Origin: Spartobacteria bacterium
GTDB lineage: Bacteria; Verrucomicrobiota; Verrucomicrobiia; Chthoniobacterales; UBA6821
DNA length: 24,000 nucleotides
NCBI GenBank assembly: GCA_947466005.1
Contig: CANIBV010000002.1
Span: forward strand, 30,817-54,816
Reading direction: 5' to 3'
The translations under genes were made by a program, and so were the position numbers. Shown one piece after another: positions 1-8,675 of this stretch. Under the pieces are notes generated by a model. The model made no database searches. It was not told where the DNA came from and was given only the letters and a program-made list of their open reading frames with translations. Each line of letters begins with the position of its first letter. Position 1 is the first letter of the stretch.

Positions 1-306
1 CCGGTCGTGGAAGCAGTAGAGGTCGATCCCGGTCTTCTCGAGAAACTCGAAGAAGACACGCACCCTGCGCTGTGCGTTCTCCACTGAATCGGTCCCGTCA
101 TCCCAGGGCATCTGGGCGGTGCCTCCGCCGAAGGGATCGGCCAATGGATTCCTCATTACATGCCAGTATGCGGCCGCGAAGCGCAAATGATCCCGCATCG
201 CCTTTCCCTCCACGAGTTCCTCCGGATTGTACTGCTTGAAGGAAAGGGGGTTTCTGGATGTTGCCCCTTCGTATTGGATTTTCGGGATATTTGGGAAGTA
301 GCTCAT
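1..306 (-). CDS. xylA: Xylose isomerase, N-terminal 102 codons (partial; gene continues past the left window edge)
   Basis: Absent from the ORF track because it is open at the window edge. My reverse-strand translation from the ATG at 306..304 is [102 protein letters not shown]. This follows the canonical XylA N-terminus (IPKI.YEG..S.NPL.FK.YNP, GK.M.DHLRFA.AYWH, DPFG, FHD). The track ORF 98..598 is an out-of-frame shadow. Confidence 0.85.
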   Translation of the reverse strand, partial: MSYFPNIPKIQYEGATSRNPLSFKQYNPEELVEGKAMRDHLRFAAAYWHVMRNPLADPFGGGTAQMPWDDGTDSVENAQRRVRVFFEFLEKTGIDLYCFHDR

Positions 307-577
307 GGGGTGGAAAAGCAGTTGGTAGTTTTGTAAATCCTTTTTGATGCTCTCTATTTTCAGTGGGTAGATAAAGCCCTGAAGAGTGGCAGGTCGTTAC
401 CCTCCCACTGGAAATAGCGAGGACCCGGATTTCATCAGCTGTTCCCTTGGCGGCACGGATTCTCTTTGACCCTGTTTCATTCAAAATCCATTGTTCGACC
501 CTGCATCGCTCGGACAATATCCCTTCCCAGTCCGCACGACATCCTGACTGTGCAATGCTTTCATACCCACTCCTTCC

Positions 578-2143
578 GTGACCTCCCTCTCCGCGCACGA
601 CACCATCAAAAGCCCTTTTGACTGGATCAACAGGAGTAAATCTTATTGGGGGCTCCTTGTGGCCGTCACCCTATGGAAGGTTTTTGGGGGCTCCATGTTG
701 GGCCTTATTTTTGACGAGTGCTACTACTGGGAGTGGTCGCTTCATCCCCAGGCCTGCTACTTTGATCACCCGCCGCTCACCGCCTGGCTGATCGCATCGG
801 GTCATGCCCTGCTGGGTCACTGCACGCTTGCCGTACGCTTCTGGGCGATTGTTTCCGGTCTGCTTCTCTCCATTGCGGGACGCCTGCTGGCACGGGACAT
901 GTTCGGCCAGGCCGCAGGAAATCGGGCAGGCATCCTGCTCCTTCTTGCTCCGATCTTTGCGGGAAATGCCTTCCTGATGACGCCGGATACATTTCTGATC
1001 CCTTCATGGGCTTTTGCCATTCTCTTTGCGTGGAAGGGAAGTCGTCCAGGCGCACCGATGTTCTGGTGGCTGGCAACCGGAGCGGCGGCAGGCATCGGAA
1101 TGCTCTCCAAGTATACGATGGTCCTCTTCTACGCGGCCCTTGGGGCACTCTGGTTGGCGAGTCCGGGCAATCGCGGGAGGCTTTTTTGGGGGGGATTGCT
1201 GGCGGGCGGCGTTTCGCTGATCTTTTTTCTCCCAGTGCTCTGGTGGAACAATCAACACGACTGGATCTCCTTCCATCATCAGCTTAACCATGGCTTTCGC
1301 AATGAACACCCTTCGCTGATCAATTTCCAGAATCTCGCCGACTACAGCGCCTTTCTCGTGGTGCTTGTTTCGCCGGTCCTTGGACTTCTCTGCTTCAGGA
1401 CGGCGGCCACCCGACTGCGTGACGAACGATTCCTCTACCTTGCACTCTTCTTTTGGACCGTTGTTCTCTTCTTTGGATTCTCAGCAGCTAAGGCCCACAT
1501 TGAGGCCAACTGGCCCATGGCGGCCTTCGTAACCGGCCTCATCATGGTCGCCGGTGACTGGGGGCGCTACGGTGTGGTCTGGCGTAAGGCGGCGATCGTC
1601 GTCCTGCTGGTGGCCGATGTGGGAGCCGTCGCGGGGGTCTCCTATCTCCTCCTGCCTAAGACCTCACCCTTGGCGATCCAGAACCTCGATATCAACACCT
1701 CCTTCATCAAGGGCTTCCCCGGGTCGGATCAATTGGCCGCAGCGGCACAGAAAGGGCTTGGTGATTTCCAATCACGCATCGAGGAGTTCCTCGGACCTCA
1801 GGCGGTGGCCGATGCCGTCAGCGAAGACTTCCAAGAATCAGGTGCTGACTTCATCTGCCTCTCGAGCTACCAGTTCACCGGAGTGATGTCGTTTTATGCA
1901 CCGGCGTTTGAGCCGCTCCTCTGGCTCCCGGATCACGGCAGGGTCCGCTTCCCTTGGATCAATGACCACATCTGGAAGGGTAAGACCGCCTATGTCGCAG
2001 AGTGGCCTCGACGCGGACCGCTGTACACCAACCTCTTTGACTCAATGTTTCCCGGGAAAAACATCCAGATCCCTCACATCAAGAACCCTGTCTGGATCTC
2101 CATCGGCCGCTTCTACAATCCGGAGATGGTTCAGAATCGCTGA
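578..2143 (+). CDS. Polytopic membrane glycosyltransferase, family 39 / ArnT-PMT_2-like
   Basis: 521-aa track ORF with a GTG start at 578. DECYYWEWSLHPQACYFDHPPLTAWLIA matches the DE..YYW...Y.DHPP signature of lipid-linked-sugar transferases of the ArnT/PMT_2 type. It has many hydrophobic helices and a soluble C-terminal domain. The start codon is uncertain. Confidence 0.75.
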   Translation: MTSLSAHDTIKSPFDWINRSKSYWGLLVAVTLWKVFGGSMLGLIFDECYYWEWSLHPQACYFDHPPLTAWLIASGHALLGHCTLAVRFWAIVSGLLLSIAGRLLARDMFGQAAGNRAGILLLLAPIFAGNAFLMTPDTFLIPSWAFAILFAWKGSRPGAPMFWWLATGAAAGIGMLSKYTMVLFYAALGALWLASPGNRGRLFWGGLLAGGVSLIFFLPVLWWNNQHDWISFHHQLNHGFRNEHPSLINFQNLADYSAFLVVLVSPVLGLLCFRTAATRLRDERFLYLALFFWTVVLFFGFSAAKAHIEANWPMAAFVTGLIMVAGDWGRYGVVWRKAAIVVLLVADVGAVAGVSYLLLPKTSPLAIQNLDINTSFIKGFPGSDQLAAAAQKGLGDFQSRIEEFLGPQAVADAVSEDFQESGADFICLSSYQFTGVMSFYAPAFEPLLWLPDHGRVRFPWINDHIWKGKTAYVAEWPRRGPLYTNLFDSMFPGKNIQIPHIKNPVWISIGRFYNPEMVQNR

Positions 2144-2188
2144 TCAGCTGATCATCTGGAGCCCCCTTCCATCACTCCATCTCATCAC

Positions 2189-2845
2189 ATGACACGCCAA
2201 GAAAGAGCCGACGCACTGGCGCAGGAACTCCCACGAATCTATCCCACCGCACACTGCGAGCTAGATTTTAAAAACCCCCTCGAACTCCTCGTCGCCACCA
2301 TCCTCTCGGCGCAATGCACAGACGTGCGGGTCAACATGGTGACTCCCCCCCTCTTCAGACGCTGCCCCACGGCCGCCGACTATGCGGAGATCCCGCAGGA
2401 AGAGTTGGAAGCCCTTGTGCGATCGACTGGCTTCTACCGCAACAAGGCCAAGTCGATCCGCGGCATGGGAGCGGCACTGGTCGAGCGGCATGCCGGAGAG
2501 GTTCCCCGGACCATGGAGGAGCTCTCCTCGCTCCCCGGAGCGGGACGCAAGACCTCCAATGTCGTCCTCGGAAATGCCTTTCATCTCAACGAGGGGGTCG
2601 TCGTCGACACGCATGTCGGCCGCCTCTCCCTACGCCTCGGACTCACCACCAAGAGCGACCCGGTCAAGGTGGAGCAGGATCTTATGGCCCTCTTCCCCAA
2701 GGAACAATGGAGTGATCTCAGTCACTGGCTGATCTGGCACGGACGGAGGCGCTGCAAGGCTCGCAATCCCGACTGCAAGGAGTGCGAGCTCAGGCCCCTC
2801 TGCCCAAGCGCCGATCAGCCCGATCAATTCTTGAAGAAGGGTTAG
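2189..2845 (+). CDS. nth: Endonuclease III (DNA glycosylase/AP lyase)
   Basis: ELDFKNPLELLVATILSAQCTDVRVN. Helix-hairpin-helix motif LPGAGRKTSNVVLG. VVDTHVGRL. C-terminal 4Fe-4S motif C-x6-C-x2-C-x5-C (CKARNPDCKECELRPLC). Confidence 0.93.
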   Translation: MTRQERADALAQELPRIYPTAHCELDFKNPLELLVATILSAQCTDVRVNMVTPPLFRRCPTAADYAEIPQEELEALVRSTGFYRNKAKSIRGMGAALVERHAGEVPRTMEELSSLPGAGRKTSNVVLGNAFHLNEGVVVDTHVGRLSLRLGLTTKSDPVKVEQDLMALFPKEQWSDLSHWLIWHGRRRCKARNPDCKECELRPLCPSADQPDQFLKKG

Positions 2846-2949
2846 GTGTGACAGACCTAGGGAACCGCACCCTGTTGGAGAGAGGTTGCCTATTTCGCTG
2901 GTGTGTCACGCGTTGACATTTTGAAATATCGAGTCACGACTACATCTTG

Positions 2950-3696
2950 ATGAAAAAAATCCTCCTGATCTCCCTGGCCGCCATCCTCCTGCTCGTTGCC
3001 GGGGTGCTGGGCTACCTCTACTTCTCGCTGAACACCCTGCTCAAAAAGGCAGTCGAAACCGTCGGGCCACGGATCACCAAGACCACGGTGATCCTCTCCT
3101 CGGCGAACCTCTCCCCTTTCTCGGGCAGCGGCACGCTCAACGGCTTTCTTGTTGGCAACCCCGAGGGATTCAAGGGGCCGTTTGCGCTGAAGCTTGGCCG
3201 CGTTGAAGTCAACGTGAACAAGGAGACTCTCCTCGCCGACACCATTGTCGTGAATTCCATTCTCATCCGGAACCCGGAGATTCTACTCGAAGGAACACTC
3301 ACGGGAAATAACCTCAGCAAGCTCCTCAAAAATATCGAAAGCAACACCGCCTCCAGCCCATCAAAGGAGAAGAAGGGAACGCCAGAGAGCAAGAGCTCCT
3401 CGAAGAAGTTCATCGTGAAGGAAGTGGTGATCTCAGGCACCAAACTTCACTTGGCCGCCAGCGCCCTCGGTCAGAATGTCGAGCAGACCCTTCCCCTCCC
3501 CGAGATCCGTCTTCACAACCTAGGAAGCGGCGGTTCGGGGATCTCCGCATCCGATGTGACACAGCAGATCCTCACCCCGTTGATCAACGAGGCCATCAAG
3601 GAAGGCCTGAACACCTTGGCCAAGCAGGGAGTGAAGCAACTGCAGGGTCAGGGACTCAAGGAACTCAATAAAGCCCTCCCCGGTCTCTTCAAGTAA
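2950..3696 (+). CDS. N-terminally membrane-anchored protein, AsmA/DUF748-like, function unknown
   Basis: The track ORF starts at TTG 2947. The ATG at 2950 gives MKKILLISLAAILLLVAGVLGYLYF, a single anchor helix. It is followed by a beta-rich pattern (ANLSPFSGSGTLNGFLVGNPEGFKGPFALKLGRVEVNVN...IRNPEILLEG) typical of AsmA-like N-terminal domains, and by a K/S-rich linker. The family assignment is from memory only. Confidence 0.55.
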   Translation: MKKILLISLAAILLLVAGVLGYLYFSLNTLLKKAVETVGPRITKTTVILSSANLSPFSGSGTLNGFLVGNPEGFKGPFALKLGRVEVNVNKETLLADTIVVNSILIRNPEILLEGTLTGNNLSKLLKNIESNTASSPSKEKKGTPESKSSSKKFIVKEVVISGTKLHLAASALGQNVEQTLPLPEIRLHNLGSGGSGISASDVTQQILTPLINEAIKEGLNTLAKQGVKQLQGQGLKELNKALPGLFK

Positions 3697-3758
3697 GCTT
3701 CGCGGATGCGTGGGGTTGTCAGAGAGGCGTTCCCCCGTTAGATAAGTAAAAGAACATC

Positions 3759-4703
3759 ATGGCCGCACAATTCCGCGAGTACTACGAGACCCTGGGCGTC
3801 TCCAAGACAGCCCCGGCTGACGAGATCAAAAGCGCCTTCCGCAAACTTGCCCGAAAGCATCACCCCGACCTAGCAAAGGACAAGAAGGCGGCTGAGGAAA
3901 AGTTCAAGGAGATCAACGAGGCCTACGAGGTCTTGAGCGATCCGGAGAAGCGCAGAAAATACGACGAGTACGGATCTAACTGGCAACACGCAGGTAATGG
4001 CTTTTCCCCTCCCCAGGGAGGCGCAGGAGGACGCGGTGGATTTGGCGGCGGATCTAACAGTGGCGGAGATGCCTCGGATTTCCACTTCGGAGGCACCGGC
4101 TACAGTGACTTCTTCGAGCAGTTTTTCGGCACACGGCGTGGCCGTGGTTATGGAGGTGGTGCAGACTTTGAGGAAACCCCACAGAGGGGACGAGATGTGG
4201 AAGCCGATATTCTGGTCACCCTAGAAGAGGCTCTTCATGGGGCGACGCGCCAGATTTCCTTCCGGAAGGGAAACTCACCCGATGTCCAGACCTACACAGT
4301 CAAGATCCCAAAGGGTGTCCGCGAGGGACAGCGCATCCGGTTGGCCGGTCAAGGAGGTTCGGGTGGAGCCCGGGGTGAGTCCGGTGATCTCTACCTGCGG
4401 GTGAAGCTTCAGCAACATCCCGACTATCGTTTTGAAGGCGCTGACATCTACCACGAGGCAGATGTCCCGCCATGGCAGGCCGTCCTCGGAGGGGAACTCA
4501 CCATTCCGACACCCGATGGTCGCGCCAAGCTCAAGATCCCGGCCGGCACCCGGAACGGGCGCCAGTTCCGCATCCCGAGACGTGGGCTTCCAGGAAAAAA
4601 CGGCGGCCGTGGTGACTTCTACGCTGTGGTGGAAATCGCGATTCCCGAATCGCTGACACCGGAGCAGAAAGCTCTTTGGGAACAGCTTTCGCAACTCGGT
4701 TGA
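3759..4703 (+). CDS. cbpA: J-domain co-chaperone, CbpA-type (DnaJ-like without zinc-finger domain)
   Basis: J domain with HPD (YYETLGV...[13 protein letters not shown]...[18 protein letters not shown]). G/F-rich linker ([12 protein letters not shown]...FFEQFFG). DnaJ C-terminal substrate-binding repeats ([30 protein letters not shown]). No CxxCxGxG zinc-finger repeats. Confidence 0.85.
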   Translation: MAAQFREYYETLGVSKTAPADEIKSAFRKLARKHHPDLAKDKKAAEEKFKEINEAYEVLSDPEKRRKYDEYGSNWQHAGNGFSPPQGGAGGRGGFGGGSNSGGDASDFHFGGTGYSDFFEQFFGTRRGRGYGGGADFEETPQRGRDVEADILVTLEEALHGATRQISFRKGNSPDVQTYTVKIPKGVREGQRIRLAGQGGSGGARGESGDLYLRVKLQQHPDYRFEGADIYHEADVPPWQAVLGGELTIPTPDGRAKLKIPAGTRNGRQFRIPRRGLPGKNGGRGDFYAVVEIAIPESLTPEQKALWEQLSQLG

Positions 4704-4734
4704 CGCCGACCTTGGCGCACCGCCCATTTTCCGG

Positions 4735-4754
4735 TTCCACTCACAGGAGTGGAA
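4735..4754 (+). terminator. Perfect 8-bp hairpin downstream of cbpA (candidate terminator)
   Basis: TTCCACTC (4735-4742), loop ACAG, GAGTGGAA (4747-4754), followed by the T-rich tgttagtt. It lies 32 nt after the cbpA stop. Confidence 0.35.
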
Positions 4755-4810
4755 TGTTAGTTCGGGATTATATTGGCTGATGTCAAAAGTCCCTGCCTTC
4801 CGTGATTTCT

Positions 4811-4832
4811 CTCCGCTCTCTGCGGGAGTTTT
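4811..4832 (+). terminator. Second candidate intrinsic terminator in the cbpA / AI-2E convergent gap
   Basis: CTCCGC (4811-4816), loop tctct, GCGGGAG (4822-4828, one bulged G), then TTTT (4829-4832). Confidence 0.35.
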
Positions 4833-4871
4833 CAGTTACCTGACACGCTTCAGGCTATGCTTGCCTCGCCA

Positions 4872-6137
4872 TCACAACGGCAACTCGACCGCCATCGTTG
4901 TTGTTTTCTTTTCCAGAATTCCTTCGATCTGGAGCGTCTGCTGAACGGGTTCAGCAACAGGTCGATCCCAGAAATAGCGCTGCAGAAGAACCTTCAGGGT
5001 TGCCGTAAGAGGCACGGCGAGGAGCGCTCCCAGCAATCCACCGAGCACGATGGACCAGGCAAAGACCGAGATGATGACGGTCATGGGATGGAGACCTACT
5101 GAATTTCCGATGATCTTGGGAGAGATGAAAATGCCGTCGATGTTATTGGCCACGACAAAGATCACCAGCACCCAGAGCGGGTGCATGAGATCACCGTACT
5201 GGGCCAGCGCGATCAGCATAGCGGGGATGAGGCAGAGGGCCATACCCAAATAAGGAATCAGGCACAGAATCCCGAGCATGAGTCCGATGAGAAAAGAGAA
5301 GTCGAGCCGAAGAAAAGCAAAGAGCGAGACGCCGACGATCGCGCCGTCAATGAGGCTGACAAGGAGCTGCCCCCGAAAGAAGTGGATCAGGTAGGTGTTG
5401 ATCTCATTGAGCAGGGAGACAATTTCTTCTTTGAGCGGGGATGATCGCAGGGGAAGGTAACGGCTCCAGTTGGTGCCGATGGCAGGGGATTCCAAAAGAA
5501 AGAAAAAGAGGAAGACGGGCACGAGCACGAGACTGAGGAGAAATCCAAGAATCCCAAAGAAGCCACCCACGCTCTTTTGCAGAAAGGCACCTGTCGCTGT
5601 GGCGATCGTTGGAATCTGCTGCTGAAACCATTCAAGGGCGTCTTTCGTCAATCCAAAGGCATGGACTTTCAGGTTTTCGGGCGAGAGATCCTCTAGCAAG
5701 GAATGGGTGATCGTTGTCTTATCTTTCAGTGCGGAGAGGCGCTGGATCTCACCCGCAGAACCTTTTGCCAAGGAGGTGATTTGCTGACTGTAGATGGGTA
5801 TCTTGGAGGCAAGAATACCACCCTGCCGTGCGATCGAGGGGCCGACAGTAATGCCGATGAGTCCAATCCCGATACTAAAGAGAACGAAGACCACCACCAC
5901 CGCCCATGTGCGCCGGAAACGCCACTTGCAGAGAAGTCCCACGACCGGGGTGAGGAGATAAGCGAGGACTGCGGCAATGGCAATCGGTGTGAGGACGGGC
6001 TTCAGGTAAGCGCAGACCGAAACCACGCTCCATCCCGAAAGAATGATGACCGCAACGATAGCCAGTGCTGCGACGGCCGTAAGAGCTGACCAGCAGATTT
6101 TTTTCTGAAAGGAGGTGGGAGGATCGTTATAGGCCAT
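4872..6137 (-). CDS. AI-2E family transporter (PerM/UPF0118-type permease)
   Basis: 421-aa polytopic membrane protein. The overall pattern is typical of PF01594 members: N-terminal helices, a central soluble loop, then FLLSLVLVPVFLFFFLLE, LCLIPYLG, VVANNIDGIFISPKIIGNSVGLHPMTVIISV. Assigned by pattern recognition only. Confidence 0.8.
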   Translation of the reverse strand: MAYNDPPTSFQKKICWSALTAVAALAIVAVIILSGWSVVSVCAYLKPVLTPIAIAAVLAYLLTPVVGLLCKWRFRRTWAVVVVFVLFSIGIGLIGITVGPSIARQGGILASKIPIYSQQITSLAKGSAGEIQRLSALKDKTTITHSLLEDLSPENLKVHAFGLTKDALEWFQQQIPTIATATGAFLQKSVGGFFGILGFLLSLVLVPVFLFFFLLESPAIGTNWSRYLPLRSSPLKEEIVSLLNEINTYLIHFFRGQLLVSLIDGAIVGVSLFAFLRLDFSFLIGLMLGILCLIPYLGMALCLIPAMLIALAQYGDLMHPLWVLVIFVVANNIDGIFISPKIIGNSVGLHPMTVIISVFAWSIVLGGLLGALLAVPLTATLKVLLQRYFWDRPVAEPVQQTLQIEGILEKKTTTMAVELPL

Positions 6138-6205
6138 GCGTCGCCTCTGGAACTACTCTCTTTTACCGGACTTGTCCATCAGTCCAACATGCTCGCTGAC
6201 AGCTT

Positions 6206-6739
6206 TCACTCAGCGAGGACAATATCCATCCGGACATCATGATCCTCAGCCGGAACCGAGGGGAGGAGCTGCCACAGCCAGGCAAGGCCAACCTTGATTC
6301 CACTGAAGTCCGGATGCCCGAGCAGGCGGTCATAATATCCCTTCCCCCTCCCTAACCGCCAACCCGAGAGGTCAAATGCCAACCCAGGCACCATCACCAG
6401 ATCGACATCAGCTGGTGAGCACTTCTCCCAGCTCCCGGGATCGGGTTCCTGCAGTCCGAAGGGACCGGTGATCCACCGGCTCTGTGCACCTCTACGGTAG
6501 ATCCCGAGGGCATCTCCCTCGATCCTCGGAAAAAGAAAATGTCTTTCTTCCCGATTTCCGATTAGGAGAGTCGGATCGGGCTCTCCGGGAAGCGGCGCGT
6601 AAAGCAGCACAGAGGAAGCCTGCTTCCAGGAGTCGAGCGCCTGGACTTTCTCCATCAGGGCAGAGGAGTTTCCGGGCCGACTGCTTCCGGCCAGATCCCT
6701 CATCCGTGCACGCAACCGTTGCTTTTCGGCATGAATCAT
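6206..6739 (-). CDS. 5-formyltetrahydrofolate cyclo-ligase
   Basis: LYAPLPGEPD, VPGLAFDLSGWRLGRGKGYYDRLL (the G.G.GYYDR signature), and a length of about 180 aa. Confidence 0.85.
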   Translation of the reverse strand: MIHAEKQRLRARMRDLAGSSRPGNSSALMEKVQALDSWKQASSVLLYAPLPGEPDPTLLIGNREERHFLFPRIEGDALGIYRRGAQSRWITGPFGLQEPDPGSWEKCSPADVDLVMVPGLAFDLSGWRLGRGKGYYDRLLGHPDFSGIKVGLAWLWQLLPSVPAEDHDVRMDIVLAE

Positions 6740-6770
6740 TCACCCTTTGTGTAGCAGAGCAGCGACGATC

Positions 6771-7724
6771 ATGGTCAAAAAACTTCTCAAGAAAGGTACT
6801 GAAGGAATCCGAAAGCGGGTCACAAAGAAACCTAAGCCGGAAAACCACATCTCGATGAAGCTGGGAGAGGGGTGGCACAAGCGAAACTACCTCACCGAAG
6901 TGATCATCCCTTCGCTTTTTTCACCTAGGCAGGAGGTCCCGCCGGGAACGCAGCTTCCCGAACTCACGCCCGGCCAGATCGGCATCACCTGGATCGGTCA
7001 CGCCTCCTTCCTGATTCAGACACCGGAGCACTCCATCCTGATCGACCCGAACTGGGCCCGCTGGCTCAAAGTGGTGAAGCGCTTGCGCGACCCGGGTCTC
7101 AAGGTTCACGAATTGCCAGCCATCGACCTGGTGCTCGTCAGCCATGCTCACTTTGATCACCTCGATAAGAAATCACTCCGGGCCGTCGCGGCGGATCAGC
7201 CGATTGTCGTTCCGGAGCATGTCGGGAATCTTGTCCAGGGTCTCGGCTTCAACCGAGTTCATGAGCTTCAGCGATGGGAGGTGATGGAGTTCGGGTCGCT
7301 CAAGATCACGCTGACTCCCGCCCATCACTGGGGAGCACGGATGCTGCATGACAAGCACCGGGGCTTTGGCGGATTCCTGATAGAGTACGAGGGAAGAACG
7401 ATCTTCCACTGCGGTGACAGTGCCTGGTTCGAGGGGTTCGCCGAGATCGGGGAGAAGTGCAAGGGAAAGATCGACATAGCACTCCTCCCGATCGGTGCCT
7501 ACGACGCTCCGACCGGGCGAGATGTGCACATGAATCCCGAGGAGGCCCTAAGGGCTTTCACGGCACTCGGAGCAGGGATCATGATCCCGATGCACTACGG
7601 CACCTTTCGTCTTGGATTTGAACCGATGGAGGAACCTCCCGACAGACTCCTCGGCCACGCCCGCTCCCAGGGGATCGAAGACAGGATTCGTATCCTCCGG
7701 GAGGGAGAGGCAACGGTGTTTTAG
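6771..7724 (+). CDS. MBL-fold metallo-hydrolase
   Basis: ITWIGHASFLIQTPEHSILIDPNW and the HxHxDH motif in VLVSHAHFDHLD. The track ORF begins at TTG 6747. ATG 6771 and ATG 6855 are alternative starts, and I cannot decide between them. Confidence 0.8.
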   Translation: MVKKLLKKGTEGIRKRVTKKPKPENHISMKLGEGWHKRNYLTEVIIPSLFSPRQEVPPGTQLPELTPGQIGITWIGHASFLIQTPEHSILIDPNWARWLKVVKRLRDPGLKVHELPAIDLVLVSHAHFDHLDKKSLRAVAADQPIVVPEHVGNLVQGLGFNRVHELQRWEVMEFGSLKITLTPAHHWGARMLHDKHRGFGGFLIEYEGRTIFHCGDSAWFEGFAEIGEKCKGKIDIALLPIGAYDAPTGRDVHMNPEEALRAFTALGAGIMIPMHYGTFRLGFEPMEEPPDRLLGHARSQGIEDRIRILREGEATVF

Positions 7725-7969
7725 GGCTGGGATGGAGGCCTCAGCTCCTACGGGACGATGGGTCAGAGAGGAAATGGATGGAGAGTGCATACGGCGGCAG
7801 CAATACAATCCCAGCCGGATACCGAGCGGTCCGTGGCGGCAATTACCCCCTTAACGCCAGCGCCATGCAGTCATCGTGCCGCATTAACATGCCACCGGTC
7901 TACCCGAACCAACTGGTTTTCCACTTTGCCTTCCGGGTTGCCAGAATTCTGCCCTGAAGCAGTTTAAAT

Positions 7970-8013
7970 AAAGAAAAAGGCGTTGGACTCATTCCTGAGC
8001 CAACGCCTTTTTT
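7970..8013. terminator. Bidirectional rho-independent terminator
   Basis: A-tract aaagaaaaa (7970-7978). Stem GGCGTTGG-a-CTC (7979-7990), loop attcct, stem GAG-CCAACGCC (7997-8007). T6 at 8008-8013. The hairpin is flanked by a U-run on both strands. It serves the cyclophilin gene (-) and probably the MBL gene (+). Confidence 0.7.
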
Positions 8014-8018
8014 GTGAA

Positions 8019-8053
8019 TTCCTAACAGTCTAAAAGACTTCAGTCTTCAGACC
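8019..8053. repeat. AGTCT/AGACT palindromic intergenic repeat, copy 1
   Basis: ttcctaacAGTCTaaaAGACTtcAGTCTtcAGACc. It ends 7 nt before the stop codon (8061-8063) of the minus-strand cyclophilin gene. Positions 8019-8046 match 22647-22674 at 25/28. The 13-mer cttcagtcttcag (8038-8050) is identical to 13642-13654. Confidence 0.75.
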
Positions 8054-8060
8054 ATTCCGC

Positions 8061-8648
8061 TTACTTTCCGAGCGCCTTGTTCCAAACAGCGATCTGAGCG
8101 GCCTGAGAAGCGAAGAGAGCCTCGGGTGAATCGACGATCTCAATGCCGGTGATCTTGTCACCCTGCTTGATGGCGTTCACTACTTCTTGGTCCTTCGAAC
8201 CATCGACGGCGCCGAAGATGGCATGCTTGCCATCGAGATGAGGAGTCGGGACATGGGTAATGAAGAACTGGCTACCATTGGTTCCGGGGCCTGAATTGGC
8301 CATCGAGAAGATGCCGGGGCGGTCGTGCTTGAGACCGGGAGCGAATTCGTCGGCGAACTTGTAGCCGGGACCGCCCATGCCGGTGCCGGTCGGATCACCG
8401 CCCTGGATCATGAAATCAGGAATGACGCGGTGGAAAGTGATGTTGTCATAGAAGCCGCGGCGGGCGAGATTCAGATAGCTGGCCACGGTGATCGGGGCCT
8501 TGCTCGCATACATGGTCGCATGGATATCTCCCTTGGAAGTGTGGAGAACAATGCGGATATCCTTGACGGGTTCGGCAGGATTTGAGGCTCCGGCGATGCC
8601 GGGTGCCATGCAGAGGGTGGTGGAAAGGGCGAAAAGTGTCTTTTTCAT
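8061..8648 (-). CDS. Peptidyl-prolyl cis-trans isomerase, cyclophilin type, with signal peptide
   Basis: Signal peptide [22 protein letters not shown]. Cyclophilin core [48 protein letters not shown]. Confidence 0.92.
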   Translation of the reverse strand: MKKTLFALSTTLCMAPGIAGASNPAEPVKDIRIVLHTSKGDIHATMYASKAPITVASYLNLARRGFYDNITFHRVIPDFMIQGGDPTGTGMGGPGYKFADEFAPGLKHDRPGIFSMANSGPGTNGSQFFITHVPTPHLDGKHAIFGAVDGSKDQEVVNAIKQGDKITGIEIVDSPEALFASQAAQIAVWNKALGK

Positions 8649-8675
8649 TGGACTTCTATTGGGTAGCAGAGAGGT

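Noticed and set aside
98-598. A 166-aa minus-strand track ORF covering the left intergenic region.
   Set aside because: Its 3' two fifths overlap the real xylA reading frame in a different frame, and the rest is R/G/S-rich with no motif. xylA, which is open at the window edge and so missing from the track, explains the region.
2913-2918. A perfect TTGACA -35 hexamer upstream of the AsmA-like gene.
   Set aside because: No acceptable -10 hexamer lies 16-18 nt downstream (acgact or cacgac), so I did not call a promoter.
6740-6854. A 6S RNA (ssrS), because ssrS is classically linked to the 5-formyl-THF cyclo-ligase gene (ygfA) in E. coli. I also considered 7725-7969.
   Set aside because: The space upstream of the cyclo-ligase gene is at most about 115 nt, and less if the MBL gene starts at 6771, which is too short for a roughly 180-nt 6S RNA. 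The 7725-7969 region is separated from it by an opposite-strand gene. I could not see the long closing-stem/central-bubble architecture by eye.
7758-7967. A 69-aa track ORF in the unassigned region after the MBL gene.
   Set aside because: It has T/A/P/R/S-rich, featureless composition typical of non-coding GC-rich DNA. The region is reported as an unassigned non-coding stretch instead.
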